Source: the human T2T-CHM13v2.0 reference genome, Homo sapiens
Assembly (NCBI RefSeq): GCF_009914755.1
Contig: NC_060932.1
Strand: one strand, 5' to 3'
DNA length: 64,000 nucleotides
Positions 12,595 through 26,809 of this stretch are shown here, one piece after another (position 1 is the first letter of the stretch; the number at the start of each line of letters is the position of its first letter). The position numbers were made by a program, and so were the translations under genes. The notes under the pieces were generated by a model, which did not search any database, was not told the origin of the DNA, and saw only the letters and a list, made by a program, of their open reading frames with translations.

Positions 12595-13094
12595 GTAACA
12601 AAAACCAAAAAGTCCAAATGGTACTTGTACTGAGCTTTAAGTATGCACAACACTTCTGTGTTTGTTTTTGAGTCACCACAGCAGCAAGATATGAAATAAA
12701 CATTAATTTTATTGTACAAATGAAGACATTGAGATTCAAGAAGTTAATGGACTTGCACATTTCACTCGCCAGGTCTTCGGAGACCAAAGCTTGATCTCTT
12801 TGTTCTGTGCCAGTGCTTTATTCAACAGAAATGTGTTAAGTGTCTTTTATGGGCTGTGTGCCATGCTAGGTGTTAGTTTTTGGTTATAGCGCACTTCCCA
12901 ATAACTAAAGCGATTCTCCACTGCTGGGATGGGCTGTCTGTTGTGGCAGCGAAGGCCAGTGCTCTGGACTTCTTGTTTTTCCCCCATCCCCAAGGAAAGA
13001 AAGAATATTCTAGACTTGATTTATAGGTAAACTTTTAAAATAGAATATTTCTGTTCAGAATATCTAATTCAACGTTATGAAATCAATATTTTGG

Positions 13095-14417
<1,323 letters not shown>

Positions 14418-14761
14418 TTTGTAAGTTTTTTTTTTTTTTTAGAGATTTTTCTTCTGTTAGGTAATACTTTGGGGTTAGGTTAGGTCTTGTAAAAATGAAC
14501 TTTTGCTTTTCCCACAGTCTCGTAGCCTCTTATTTCTATTTAAAAGGACTTACTACAGTTTAACGTTGTTAGTCATTTTTGCACATATTAATACCTGTCA
14601 TTGATTGCTTTGGGCTCACAGTGTAGATCTTTGCATCTCCTGTACTGCTTTGCAATCCATAAACACTTCTCAGGTAATCAAGGTCTCTCTTTCTCATTAG
14701 TTATATTAAGTGGTTTTGGTAAAGTGTTGAATATCATTTCTCTTGTTTCTTGATCTTTTAG

Positions 14762-14947
14762 GAAGGTGCTTCAATATTGGATATTCACACAGAGCCCAGT
14801 TTTTCAAGTTTGCTTTCACAGTCATCGTATGCTGACATGGGTGTTCCACTTCCTGCAAAAAACTTAATATTTAAAGATGGTGTCTTATCAGAATGGAGTG
14901 GACGGTCACCTTCCTCACTTCTTATTGCTAATCTCCATTTGCAATAA
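14762..14947 (+). CDS. FAM91A1: FAM91A1 terminal exon, coding part (~aa 778-838, TAA stop)
   Basis: tttag| acceptor; EGASILDIHTEPSFSSLLSQSSYADMGVPLPAKNLIFKDGVLSEWSGRSPSSLLIANLHLQ* with TAA at 14945-14947. Confidence 0.95.
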   Translation, partial: EGASILDIHTEPSFSSLLSQSSYADMGVPLPAKNLIFKDGVLSEWSGRSPSSLLIANLHLQ

Positions 14948-15410
14948 TTTGGTTACACCATTTGTTGCTCACACTTTCTGCCTTTTTTCTTTCTTAACGT
15001 TAGCTTTATAGTGTCAGCCACTAAAAAGCATCCTGCTGCTGCAGTGCAATTCTTGCTTAACTAATATTAAAAGTTGGGGAACATATTCATGTTTTCTGAA
15101 GTTTTGCTCATTATTGCACATCTTATTGCGACAAAGTGCTTTTTAGCAGCCAGCACTGTATTTTTTACCTTGAGACAATCTGCATTTCTTTTATAAAACT
15201 AAGTATATACTTTATAGGCTTTATGATGACTGTTATGTTTATAAGCAGTCACTATGAAAATTGCAATGGTAATTTTATATGTTAGTTTATCAAACATAAA
15301 TCTTGTTTAATTTTATATTTTGTTACCTATACTTTGGGGGATCAAGGGAAGAGATGGAACTCTTCCTCTGAAAAGGCTTCTTGGTACTTAAAGTAGTAAA
15401 ACTATAAAAC

Positions 15411-15416
15411 AATAAA
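15411..15416 (+). terminator. Candidate proximal polyadenylation signal AATAAA
   Basis: Canonical hexamer ~465 nt after the stop codon; use is not shown by sequence alone. Confidence 0.4.
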
Positions 15417-17660
15417 CATCCAGTATTGAGAGATGATATGATAGGGCATTATGAATTCCTATGGGTGTCTGTAAATTATGTATGTCAGTTGGACATTGTA
15501 GAAGGTATGTAAATCAGCATAGTTGTGTATAACTTAACCTTGATTTATAAGGTCTTAAGATTATGACTATTCATTGACATCTCATGAGAAGCTTTAGAAG
15601 ACTTTCTATTTTTAAACACCATTTATATGTGGACTTCTGTTGTCACTGACTTTGGGCTTTATATTTTCATAGAGTCTTTATGGAAAAAATAGAATTTATT
15701 TTCCACTCTTGTAGCTATAGCTGCTGCACACTTTCACCCTGATTTATTTTTTTGTTTCTTAGCTTTGATGTTTTCAAACCAAGGATTGTGATTTTAGGTT
15801 AGAATTACATATTAGAAGCATTAAGACTATGTCTTTGGATCAGAATGCTTTAGTGATAAACCTACTTTGAAGACATACTCTTAAGCAATCTGGATCTTAA
15901 ATTTATGTGAATACTTTTTTAGAAAATGATAAAGAAAAATGGAATTACTTCAAAGTGTTTCTTGAGTCATTGATTCTTTTAGCATCTCAAATGTTAATTA
16001 GAATAATTGGAATCACTTTTTAGACTTTTCAAGTTACCTTCCTTGGGAAGTTTGTGCAGTGTTATAGTTTAGTTTAGCTCCTCTTACAGGGTAATGGTTT
16101 GCTAGTTTAAAACTGTAACCAAACGAACTGGTCAGACAACATATATCTAAAACACTTAAAATGTTAGGAAGTTTGGGAATGTTATAACCTAAACGTTTTT
16201 GCTGGTAACTTTTTGTTATTTATAGATATTTGTGTATTTAACATACATACTTCAGGAAATATATGCCTTTCCTAAAACTTAACCATGCATTCAATACCAT
16301 GGCCTATCTATAGAATTGAATATTTTGGACCATGTTATCTGTGGCACAGTCAGTGCTGTGTTTGAGGTAAATGCAGTAACGGTTAGTTTTCTACTTTGTC
16401 TTATAGAAGGTAGAAACCATGTGTATGTTATGTTTGTCTATAAAAGAAAAAATACTAATATTAAATAATTTCTTACGACTCTGAGTCACTCACTTATTTT
16501 TCCAATAATTGATATTGTACATTCCTAGTGCCATTAGGTATGTATGTATGTAACTTTTACAGTTTTTCAGCTGAAAGTTGTAAGTATTTTTTTTTTTTGA
16601 TCGGGGCTCTTTAATCTCATTTTAATTTCCTTTGTTTGAACTGTAGTTATTTTATTTATTCCTATATTAACCATCTAAACCAACTGTAATGACATGTACA
16701 CTAATACAGAATTGAACATTTGTAGTTGTTGGCAGTGAACCCAGTTGTTGGTGAATTTAAAGCTTAAAATATGGGAATGATTTGCTGCTATATTTCCTTT
16801 GAGAGAGAAAGGAGGAAGAAATAGAACCTAATAGTGATCATGAATTTTAGGGAAAGTACCGAAGAACCATGGGGTCCCCTCTGGTTTCTTGTGTTGAATG
16901 AGGCAAGGGTAATCATCTGATTCCGAGCTGAAGACCTCTGGTCCTCTTAAGGAGGGAGAGTGCATTTTTAGAGCTTTTAGCAAAATGTGAAAAGCTGATG
17001 TTTGCGCCTTGCTTTGTGAATTTGGCTTTGTTTTACTTATACATTAACTCATGTAATCTCTTAAATCTTACAAGCATTGATCCATTTCAACAAAAAGGTA
17101 AATTTAAAATGCAGACTTTGTTATTTGCCAAAGAAGATTCATGAAAAATTTACGTCCAATTATTTTGCAAATAGTTAATTTCATTTGGCTTTTTACCATG
17201 TTCCTTCCTTTCTTTTTCCCGCTTCCTTAATGTAATTTAAACCCTGGCAAACATTCTTTAGAAACCAAGAGGAAAGAAAGAACAAATATCAAAAAAGACA
17301 TAGAATTTAATATTGATACAATTTCACCTCTAAAATGGATTTGAAGAAATGCAACTTTATATCAAAAAATGTCATCTGATTTCCTTTGTTTCTTTTTTAA
17401 ATTATGTAATCAGATGATTTTATGTTTTTTTTTCAGGGGAGCGGAATATTGGTTTCTTTTACTTGTTGTTTTCAGTTTTCTCTGCCATTCATGTTTCTTT
17501 TTTGTGTTCAGTGTTTCAAATACAATTTGTATTTAAGGATTTTAAAATACCAAACTGTAACTGAGTACAGTGGATCGTTTTCTGTTAGGATGTTAATATT
17601 ATACAATGAAATCTATAAAGTGTTGTCAATTTGATTATTGACACATATAACATGTTTACA

Positions 17661-17666
17661 AATAAA
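17661..17666 (+). terminator. Distal polyadenylation signal AATAAA
   Basis: AATAAA followed by GT/T-rich downstream sequence (tgtgtttaattttct at ~17696), at the end of the repeat-free block. Confidence 0.8.
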
Positions 17667-17789
17667 CTGTGGTATTGATCAAGTTACTATGAAAATGTGT
17701 TTAATTTTCTGAAAGTTCCTGTCTTAATTTTAAATACAACCATGGTTTGGTGCTGTGGCTTTCCTGTACTTAAAAAAAAAAAAAACCCA

Positions 17790-18343
17790 CAAAAAACTTA
17801 ATTATTTTGTAGTAATTTCAGATTTACAGAAACTGGCAAAGATAGTCAGATGTTCCCTGTACCCTTCACTGAGCTTCCCCTAGCGTGGACACCTTCTGTA
17901 AACTATGGCAGGTCTATGAAAACTCAGAAGTTAACCCTGGTACTAGTATTTTCTAAACTGCACACTTGATTAGGCTTTTACCAGTTTTCCCACTAATGTC
18001 TTTTTGTTGTCAAGATCCAGTCCAGGATACCACATCGCATGTATTTAGTTATCAGTGTCTCATTAGTCTCCTCCAATATAACATTTTCTCGGTCTTTCAT
18101 GACCTTGACACTAGAAAGAGTACCGGTCAGTTATTTTGTAAGACATCCTTCAGTGTGGGTTTGTCTGATGTTTCCTCGTGATTAGACTGAGGCTACGTTT
18201 TATCAGAAAGGGTACTACAAAGGTGATGTGCCCTTCCCCCCAGTACAACATATCTTAGGGTACATGATGTCAGTATGTATCACTGGTGATGTTTCTTTAT
18301 TGGGTAAGATGGTGTTTGCTAGGTTTTTCCACTGTAGGGTACT
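17790..18343 (-). mobile_element. L1MC4/L1MC5-like 3' region
   Basis: tttcagatttacagaaa...gatccagtccaggataccacat...ggtgtttgctaggtttttccactgta; a homologous piece occurs at 54885-55115. Confidence 0.7.
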
Positions 18344-18702
18344 CGCATTTCTATTGCTGGGCCTGTGTATTCCGGCTATGGAGAATACCTGGAGAGGCAG
18401 CCGCCATATGCTGGTCACTGATTCAAAGCATATACCGTAAGATAGCTCTAAGAACCGCAGATATACACATGTGTGAGACTCTCGGAGCTGAGAGAGCTAT
18501 AAATTGTTATTACTGGTGAGTTATAAGTTGATTCAAGCTCTGTAGAAAACAATTTGGCACAATCTTATAAAGTTGAGCATTTGCATATCCTGAGGCCCAG
18601 CAGTTCTAATCCTAAGAAGGTCTTAAGAGGCAAGTAGCAGCATTGTGTGTAATTGTAGCAAAACATTGGAAACAACCCAAAAGTCAGTAGAAAGGAGAAT
18701 GA

Positions 18703-18825
18703 GACCAGGTATGATGGCATACACCTGTAGTCCCAGCTACTCAGGAGGCTGAAGATAGAACTCCTTTGTGCCCAGGAGTTTGAGTCCAGCCTGGGCAACA
18801 TAGCGAGACCTCAGCTCTAAAAAAT
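18703..18825 (+). mobile_element. FLAM_A-like Alu monomer within an L1ME fragment
   Basis: cacctgtagtcccagctactcaggaggctga...cctgggcaacatagcgagacc; degenerate TSD ...gaatga. Confidence 0.75.
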
Positions 18826-19879
18826 CAATTAAAAATTTAAAACAGAAGAATGAACAAATGATTGTGTTACGTTTACATATAGATATTTAGATACATTTCA
18901 GAAGTGAAAACATTTAAGCTATAACTATGTTCTTTTAAAATTATAACATCCATTTAATGGATGGTTACAATATTTTCTAGTTTCTAGTGCTCCCAGCTGT
19001 TAGGATCTGCAGGTGTTCTATGGGTCCAGGCAATGTTACATGTCAGTAATAATGGTACAATGTGGGATATTTGTGCTGTTCCTAGGTTAAGGGAGACATC
19101 AAGGAGGGAGCCTTCAGCTTCCTTTTCTAGGCATTCTAAGTACAGCTACGAAATTCTGGGATCTGGGGAGGGAAGTGAAGTCTCCACAGTCTGTACCCAA
19201 GCCTGCATGTCATTATTCTCTTTCCAGTCCTGTGCCTCACTCCATTTCAGCCTCTCTGGTTCAGCTTTCCCTTAGTATCCTAGCTGGATGGGGAAAGAGG
19301 TGGTATTTAGGGGATTAAATGCTCTTAATAATGAACTCTTATTTTCTGATAAATTCCTCTTCCTCTGCTCTGCAAAGCCATCTTCCAGTTCCAAGTATCT
19401 GCTTTCTGTCTTCGTGTCCTGTGGTTTGGGTTACAAACCCCTCATAGTTTTATCACTGATTGTTTCTGTTTCTCATTCTCCTTGTGGTTTTAGTGGGTGG
19501 TTGCCAAGAGGAGAAGAGCAGAAAGTTCTTAAACATTTTCAAAGCAGAAATCCTCCCAGCCTCATTATGTTTTTATTTCTTTTTGTTAGGGAACATATAC
19601 AAAAGAAGGGAGAATAGTATAGTGAAGCTTCATGCACCCATCACCCAGTTTCCACAGTGATTCATGTTTAGCCCCTCATTGCATATATACAAAACAAAGA
19701 CCACTTATATATGTATATATGTGTGTGTGTAAATATACACACACACACAACGATACTATTTCCCCCACCACTAGATTATTTTAAGGCAAAACTTGGATAC
19801 CACATAGTTTATTCTATAAACAATGCAGAATCATTTTTAACTCTGAATTTCTGGAAGCAATAGTCTCCCAGGACATAAA

Positions 19880-21425
19880 CAGCACAAGTATCCCCACCAA
19901 ACCATTATTAGGCATGTAACATTGGAATTAGTAGCTAATGAAATTAGGCAAAAGAATAAGAGGTAGTCACATTTAAAAGGATGGGGAAAAATTATAATTT
20001 TTCAGATACTTATATACTAGGAAGATGCAAAAGTTACCTGAAACATTAGAAACAGACTTCAGTAAGTAGCTTTCTTATCTGTAATCAACAACCAGTTATA
20101 TTGATATAAGGAAAGAAAAGAGCTACCTTAGTAGCAAAAATTATGTATAAATATAAAGTAAAAGATCTTTCTTAATACTAAGAACAAAAACCTCAATAAA
20201 TATGTACCCATGCATAAATATAAAATAAAGTGAAATACTGGATGTCTTAGTTTGTTCAGTTTAGTTCAGGTAGACAAAAGTCCACAGCTGCTTAGAAGCA
20301 ACAAACATTTCTCTCTCACAGTTCTGGAGGCTAGGAAGTCCATGGTCAAGGCTCTGGCAGAGTCTGAAACAAGAGGGTCCTGTTTCCCAGTTCATAGGTG
20401 GCCATCTCCTCAATGTGTCCTCACGGGGTGGAGGGGTCAAATGAGCTCCCTCAAGCCTCTTTCCTAAGAGCACCCATCTCACTCATTAGAGCTCTGCCCT
20501 CATGACCTAATCACCTTCTGAAGGCCCCACCTCCTAATACCATCAAGTTGAGGGTTACAGTTTCAACATATGAATTTTGGGGGGACACAGTCGGATCACA
20601 GCACCTGACAAGAAGCTTAGTGAGAAATTTGCAAGATACCCTTGAGGAACACCTTAAAGCACTCCTGAAGGACAGAAAAGAAAACCTGAATGTACGGAAA
20701 ATCATAACTGTTCTTGGATAGGCAGCCTCAATATTGTCAAGTTACCAATTCCCCCTAAATATATTATGAATTAAGCACAATTTCCTTCAGAATACCAGTG
20801 AGTTTTTGTTTTGTTTTGTTTTCGTCTTTAAATTTTGGAACTTGGCAAAGTGATTCTAAAGCTGAACCTGGAAGAAGAAACAGTGGAGACTTAAAGGTAA
20901 AAAAATCTAAAAATATCTATCCCAGCAGGCGTAATCAAATGTATTATAAGCCTAAAGTAATTAAACAGTATGGTACTAATTCAGATACAGACAGATTATT
21001 CAGATACAGACAGAAAACTAAAAAATAGAACTTAATACACAAGAATCTGAATGTGGCATTTCAGATTAGTATCCAGGAATGTCCGTGGATCATTTAGTAA
21101 CTGATTTGGGGATAACTGGCAGATATTTGGAAAAAATATAGGGGGGCGGAATTCTGCCTCAATCCTCATACCAAAAACTTAAGAGGGATCAAGGTTTAAA
21201 TATTTTAAAATATTAACATAAAAGTGGAAACAGGTGATTTTTTTTCCATACATTTGGCATAAAGACTTTTTAAAGGATGACACCAATCCCAGAAGATTTA
21301 AAAGAAAACTGGTAATTATTACTAAATAAAAATGAAACCTCCTGCCTGCCAGAACTCTATAAACTGAGTCAGAAGAAAATCTTAAACCTGAGATAAAATA
21401 TTTTCTAGATATGACAAGGACTAAT
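19880..21425 (+). mobile_element. Degraded L1ME ORF2 region, interrupted by an MaLR LTR
   Basis: L1 ORF2-like motifs (ttcttggataggcagcctcaatattgtcaag; tattataagcctaaagtaattaaacagtatggtac). Confidence 0.6.
20243..20603 (-). mobile_element. MaLR solo LTR (MLT1A/MST-like)
   Basis: tgtcttagt...ctcacagttctggaggctaggaagtcc...ttttggggggacacag...cacagca. Confidence 0.8.
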
Positions 21426-21433
21426 TTTCTTCC

Positions 21434-22071
21434 TGTCACGGGTCGGGTTCTCCAGGAAGCAAATGTTGAGACAGAGTTAAGAGTGTGGGAGGTTTGCTGG
21501 GGAGTAGCGCCTGGGAAGGAAGAGGGAAGGAGCAGAGTCTGCAGGGAGAGCCGTGGGACCAGGGTGTGGACCTGCCACACCAATAAGCTTCCTACTAGGA
21601 TGGCCTGTGAGGGGAGTCCTGTCCTGGGCAGAATGACTGGGCTCTGGACACTCAGGGCTCCCTAAGGAAAGCATAGGCTCGCCACCTTCCTTCCCTCCTC
21701 TTTCCTCGGGGGACAGCAGCTCCACTCTCAGAGGAAACCACTGGCACTGGGGTGGTGGATGTGCTTGATGGAGCATCGGGGATCAGAGGGTGGGCATGCC
21801 TGTGGGCTGTCTCTACCTTCCACTTGGCCATCTCTGTCTTCCGCTTGGACATAGAGTGTCCATCTCGTTACTACTCTCTTTGGATCCTCTTCCCTCTGGC
21901 TCAGTCATTGGCTGGGAACTACCCTGAGAAGACCGGCCCAGGCTGGAAAGCCGAAGCCAACCCTGAAGGAATGAACAGTGGAAAGTTGCCAGATAACCAC
22001 CCTTGTTGCTGCAGGATGGTGAGTCTGGTCTTGAATAGAGATCTAAGGAGCACATCTCTATGTCCACTACA
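21434..22071 (-). mobile_element. LTR16-family (ERVL) LTR
   Basis: tgtcacgggtcgggttctccaggaagca...gcacatctctatgtccactaca resembles LTR16 termini. Confidence 0.6.
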
Positions 22072-22424
22072 CTCACTATACAAACACCCCTTATAAGTAA
22101 AAAAGACAAGCCAGACTCTAGAAAAATAGGAAAAATACATGAATAGGTAGTTCATAGAAAATAATTAATGGCCAACATAAAACGATAACTTATAAAAGAA
22201 ATTAAAACTACTGTGAGGTAGTGTTTCCCACCTGACAGACTGACAAAAATGAAAAAGATTGTTAATACCTAGGTCTGGTGACAACCTTGGAAAGCATGGA
22301 TTTCATATGCAACATTAATTGGAGGGCAAATTACAGCTTTTTTGGGGAAGGAAATTTGACAATATCAGAATTTAAGGTGTACTATATATTCTTTGATACA
22401 ACGATATGCCCCCTGGGAATATGA

Positions 22425-22808
<384 letters not shown>

Positions 22809-23537
22809 TCGTTTTTTCTTTGATAGAGTACTGGCTAAATAAAGATACACAAGACCAATTTTTAAAGAATTAAGTACTGGTGAGAAAAGATATCTATAAC
22901 ATATTGTCAAGAAAGAAGTTCTGAAGTTCTATATCTGAAGAAAGAAGCTGCCACTCAAAGTTGTTGGAGTAAAACAAAAAGGGCCATATGCCTCTGTGGG
23001 TATAGAGTAAGCACCGAGAGATTTCATGGACATTAGCATTGTTATCTCTGGGGAGGGTGTTCAATTCAGTTGGGAGGGCAAAGGATGTGGCTTTAATTTT
23101 GTCGTATCTCCTCTTCTGTTTGGGTACCTTTTCCAACAATTAATAGTCGTATATACACATATATAATTATGAAAATTCATTTGAAACACAGCTGCAATGG
23201 CCATTAGGACTAGTTGCCAGCTATGTCCAGTTGTTGCCCTTCCTGAGCCATGGTAGGAGGTCCAGTCTTGTGTAGTTAGATGTGGCCAAGTGCCTCCTCT
23301 GGTCATTGGTGAGCAGAAGTAACAGTGTCATTTCTGGACAAAAGATTTAATTGCCAGTGTGAGATCCTCTAGAACTCTCCTTTCCCTCTAGGGAGGTGAC
23401 TGGCAACATTTAAGATGATGGGTGCTTCATCAGCGTGGGTGCCCTGTGACTGCAGTGAGTAGGACTTCCCCTCCACCTCACCTTTGGCCTGGGACAGACA
23501 TGCATGTGTAGTGAACCTACAGTGGTGTAGTGAAAAA

Positions 23538-24225
23538 GGAGGCATGGTGGCTGACGCCTGTAATCTCAACACTTTGGGAGGCTGAGGCAGGTGGATCACC
23601 TGAGATCAGGAGTTTGAGACCACCCTGGCCAATATGGTGAAACCCCGTCTACTAAAAATACAAAATTACTGAGAATGATGGTTTCCAGCTTTATCCATGT
23701 CCCTGCAAAGGACATGAACTCATCCTTTTTTATGGCTGTATAGTATTCCATGGTGTATATGTGCCACATTTTCTTTATCGAGCAAACTAACACAAGAACA
23801 GAAAACCAAACACCACACGTTCTCACTCATAAGTGGGAGTTGAACAATGAGGACACATGGACACAGGGAGGGGAGCATCACACACCAGGGCCTGTCAGGT
23901 GGTGGGGGGCTAAGGGAGGGATAGCATTAAGAGAAATACCTTATGTAGGTGATGGGTTGATGGGTGCAGCAAACCACCTTGGCACGTGTATACCTATGTA
24001 ACAAAACTGCGTGTTCTGCACGTGTACCCCAGAACTTAAAGTATAATAAAAAAAATTCCAAAATTAGCTGGGTGTGGTGGCACATGCCTGTAATCCCAGC
24101 TACTCGGGAGGCTGAGGCAGGGGAATCACTGGAACCCAGAGGTGGAGGTTACAGTGAGCCGGGATTGCACTCCAGCCTAGGTAACAAGAGCAAAATTATG
24201 TCTCGGAAAAAAAAAAAAAAAAAAA
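23538..24225 (+). mobile_element. AluS split at its A-rich linker by an L1 insertion
   Basis: Left arm 23538-23668, right arm 24067-24225. Confidence 0.9.
23669..24050 (+). mobile_element. 5'-truncated, 5'-inverted L1PA (L1PA7/8-like 3' end)
   Basis: Inverted segment 23669-23779, then sense 3' UTR 23781-24050 ending aacttaaagtataataaaa; TSD aaaaatacaaaatta / aaaaattccaaaatta. Confidence 0.9.
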
Positions 24226-24229
24226 GAGT

Positions 24230-24688
24230 AATATCCAGAGTTATCTGAAAGGGTTACTAAATTATTCCTCCCTTTTCCAAATACATATTTGTTATGAGGT
24301 CAGATGTTCTTCACGTATGTCAGTCAAAATCACATATCCCAACAGATGAAATGCAGAAGTGGATGTGAATCCAGCTGTCTTCTAGTGAACCAAACATTAA
24401 AGAGATTTGCAAAGATGTAGAACAATGCTGTTCTTCTCACGAAGTTACTTTTGCTTTGGAAAATATGGTTATTTTTCATAAAATATGTTGTTTAGGTAAT
24501 GTGATGTAATGGGTTTATTGTAATTTTTAACTAAATTAAATAAATATTTTAACATTTTCTCAGTTTTAATTTCTAGTGCTGTAAATAACAATGGTTATAA
24601 CGCACTCAACAAAAGCTCTTTGGGATAATCAATAATTTGTAAGCTGTGGGTAAAGGAATCCCTAGACCAAAATGTATGGGAACAACTG
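24230..24688 (+). mobile_element. Charlie1 (hAT) 3' portion
   Basis: cttttccaaatacatatt...atccagctgtcttct...aaagagatttgcaaa...gaccaaaatgtatgggaacaactg matches the recalled Charlie1 3' end and TIR. Confidence 0.8.
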
Positions 24689-25714
24689 ACCTTCGATTCT
24701 GGGGCTGTTTCAGCAATTAGGAATGTGCAAATATTTAAAAATTGCCATCAGCCACCTATACAATTATTTTAAGTTTTTTATTTTTAGAAAGCTTTTTAAG
24801 TTACAGGTTCTTTTGACTATGAAATAATTAACATTCAGTATAGACAAATTGGAAAATGAAAAAAAAGAGAAAGAAAGTATCAACCATAACTTTGCCGCTC
24901 AGAGATGAACATTTTGGTGCATTTCAGCACTTTTCTCCCAGTGTTCCCCACCCATACAGAAAAACACAAACACACAGGCACACATCAACGCCCGAGACCA
25001 TTTAAATACTCTATGTGAAGCTTGATCTCTTGCCTTTTCCACTTTACAGAAATAAAGTTAGAATTTAGTCAGGAAAATTAAGTTAGATTTTTAAAAATAT
25101 AGCAAGTATTTTCTGAAAATGTACTTTTAATGTTGGTGAAAATTTTTTTTATTAATATACCTCGTATTCTATGAGCTCCAGCCAAGTAAATTGTCTTAAA
25201 AGATCTTGAAGATTAGTGGTATCCTAATCCTAACAGAATAAAATAAAAGTTGTTCTATTTTAAAATAAAGTCTATGAATGAGTCACTCATTTTCTTAATC
25301 CAGAAATCTCCAGATGAAAGTATAATGAACTTCGGTCTGAACAAATCTTATGAGGCTCCTTCTTAGGCCTAAATCATCAAGTGTGTTATTTCTCTTAGTG
25401 TCTGAGAAAAGGGACAGAGCTTTGTAAATTCCAAGTCTCTTTAAAGTGTTTTGTTGTTTTTGTCTGTTTTGCCTAAGAGATAAACCAGTGCATAGTTTTC
25501 GTTTTCCAGGCAGGCATCCACTTAATTCTAGGCAGAAGTTTGAAATAGAAATGTATCTTTACATTATTCCCGCTCTCTGTTCTTCTAGCAACACCATTGT
25601 AAATCTGGAGTACCAAGAGGGCAAAATTACCCAATTAAATTTTCTTTGTTAATTTTATCTCTTATTGCTGGTTTAAAAAATGTCACTGTCCAACTCCCTG
25701 GCCTATTGGGGTGA

Positions 25715-26168
<454 letters not shown>

Positions 26169-26809
26169 CAGTATTTCACTTTTTAACCCTCATTTCTATC
26201 AGGGACTTCTCAATTTGCATAAGGCTAGCATAGATTTTTCTTTTCAAAAGAGTAAGCAGAATTCATTTATATTCCCACTCCCTTCACCTCCCCACCACTC
26301 TTTCCCCAGTCTTGTTAACCTGTTGGTGAGTTCACCTGGAAACTTGGAGAACATCAGGACTTAATAAGACAGGTTGATAGCGAACACACTTCCAGGGGAA
26401 AGTGCCCTATCCCGGGAGTGACTGTGTGTGGGATACCATGGGAACATTCTTGGAAAGTGACTTGAATGGATTTGGGTGGCATGATTAAGGTGGGCCATTT
26501 TGTTGGCCTACCCAGCATCTTCTGCCTCTTCTTTCTACCTGATTTATTCTGAAAATTACTTCTAATTTCAGATGGAGAGGTGGTGATGATGGGGAAGGTG
26601 TAGAGTCTTTCTTCTCCCTCGAATCCCCACAACTCTGCACAGCGTAACCCAGAGGAGTCTCTATTTTATTCACTTCCTTTCCAAAGGGATTGCCAGGCAC
26701 CCACCCACTCAGAGTCTTGGCATTCCCTCTTTTCTCTGCCTAGAATACTCTCTCCCAGCTGATACCATGCTTATTTCCTCACTTTGGGTCTTTACAAAAT
26801 AAAATGTTG

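Larger units (their letters stand above)
14948..17690 (+). other. FAM91A1: FAM91A1 3' UTR (~2.7 kb, AU-rich, no recognisable interspersed repeats)
   Basis: Continues from the stop codon to the distal AATAAA; repeats resume at ~17790; the 3' end is approximate. Confidence 0.8.

Noticed and set aside
21179-22155. Dense overlapping ORFs on both strands in a GC-richer block
   Set aside because: They coincide with an LTR16-like element; higher GC lowers stop frequency and none resembles a protein family I know.
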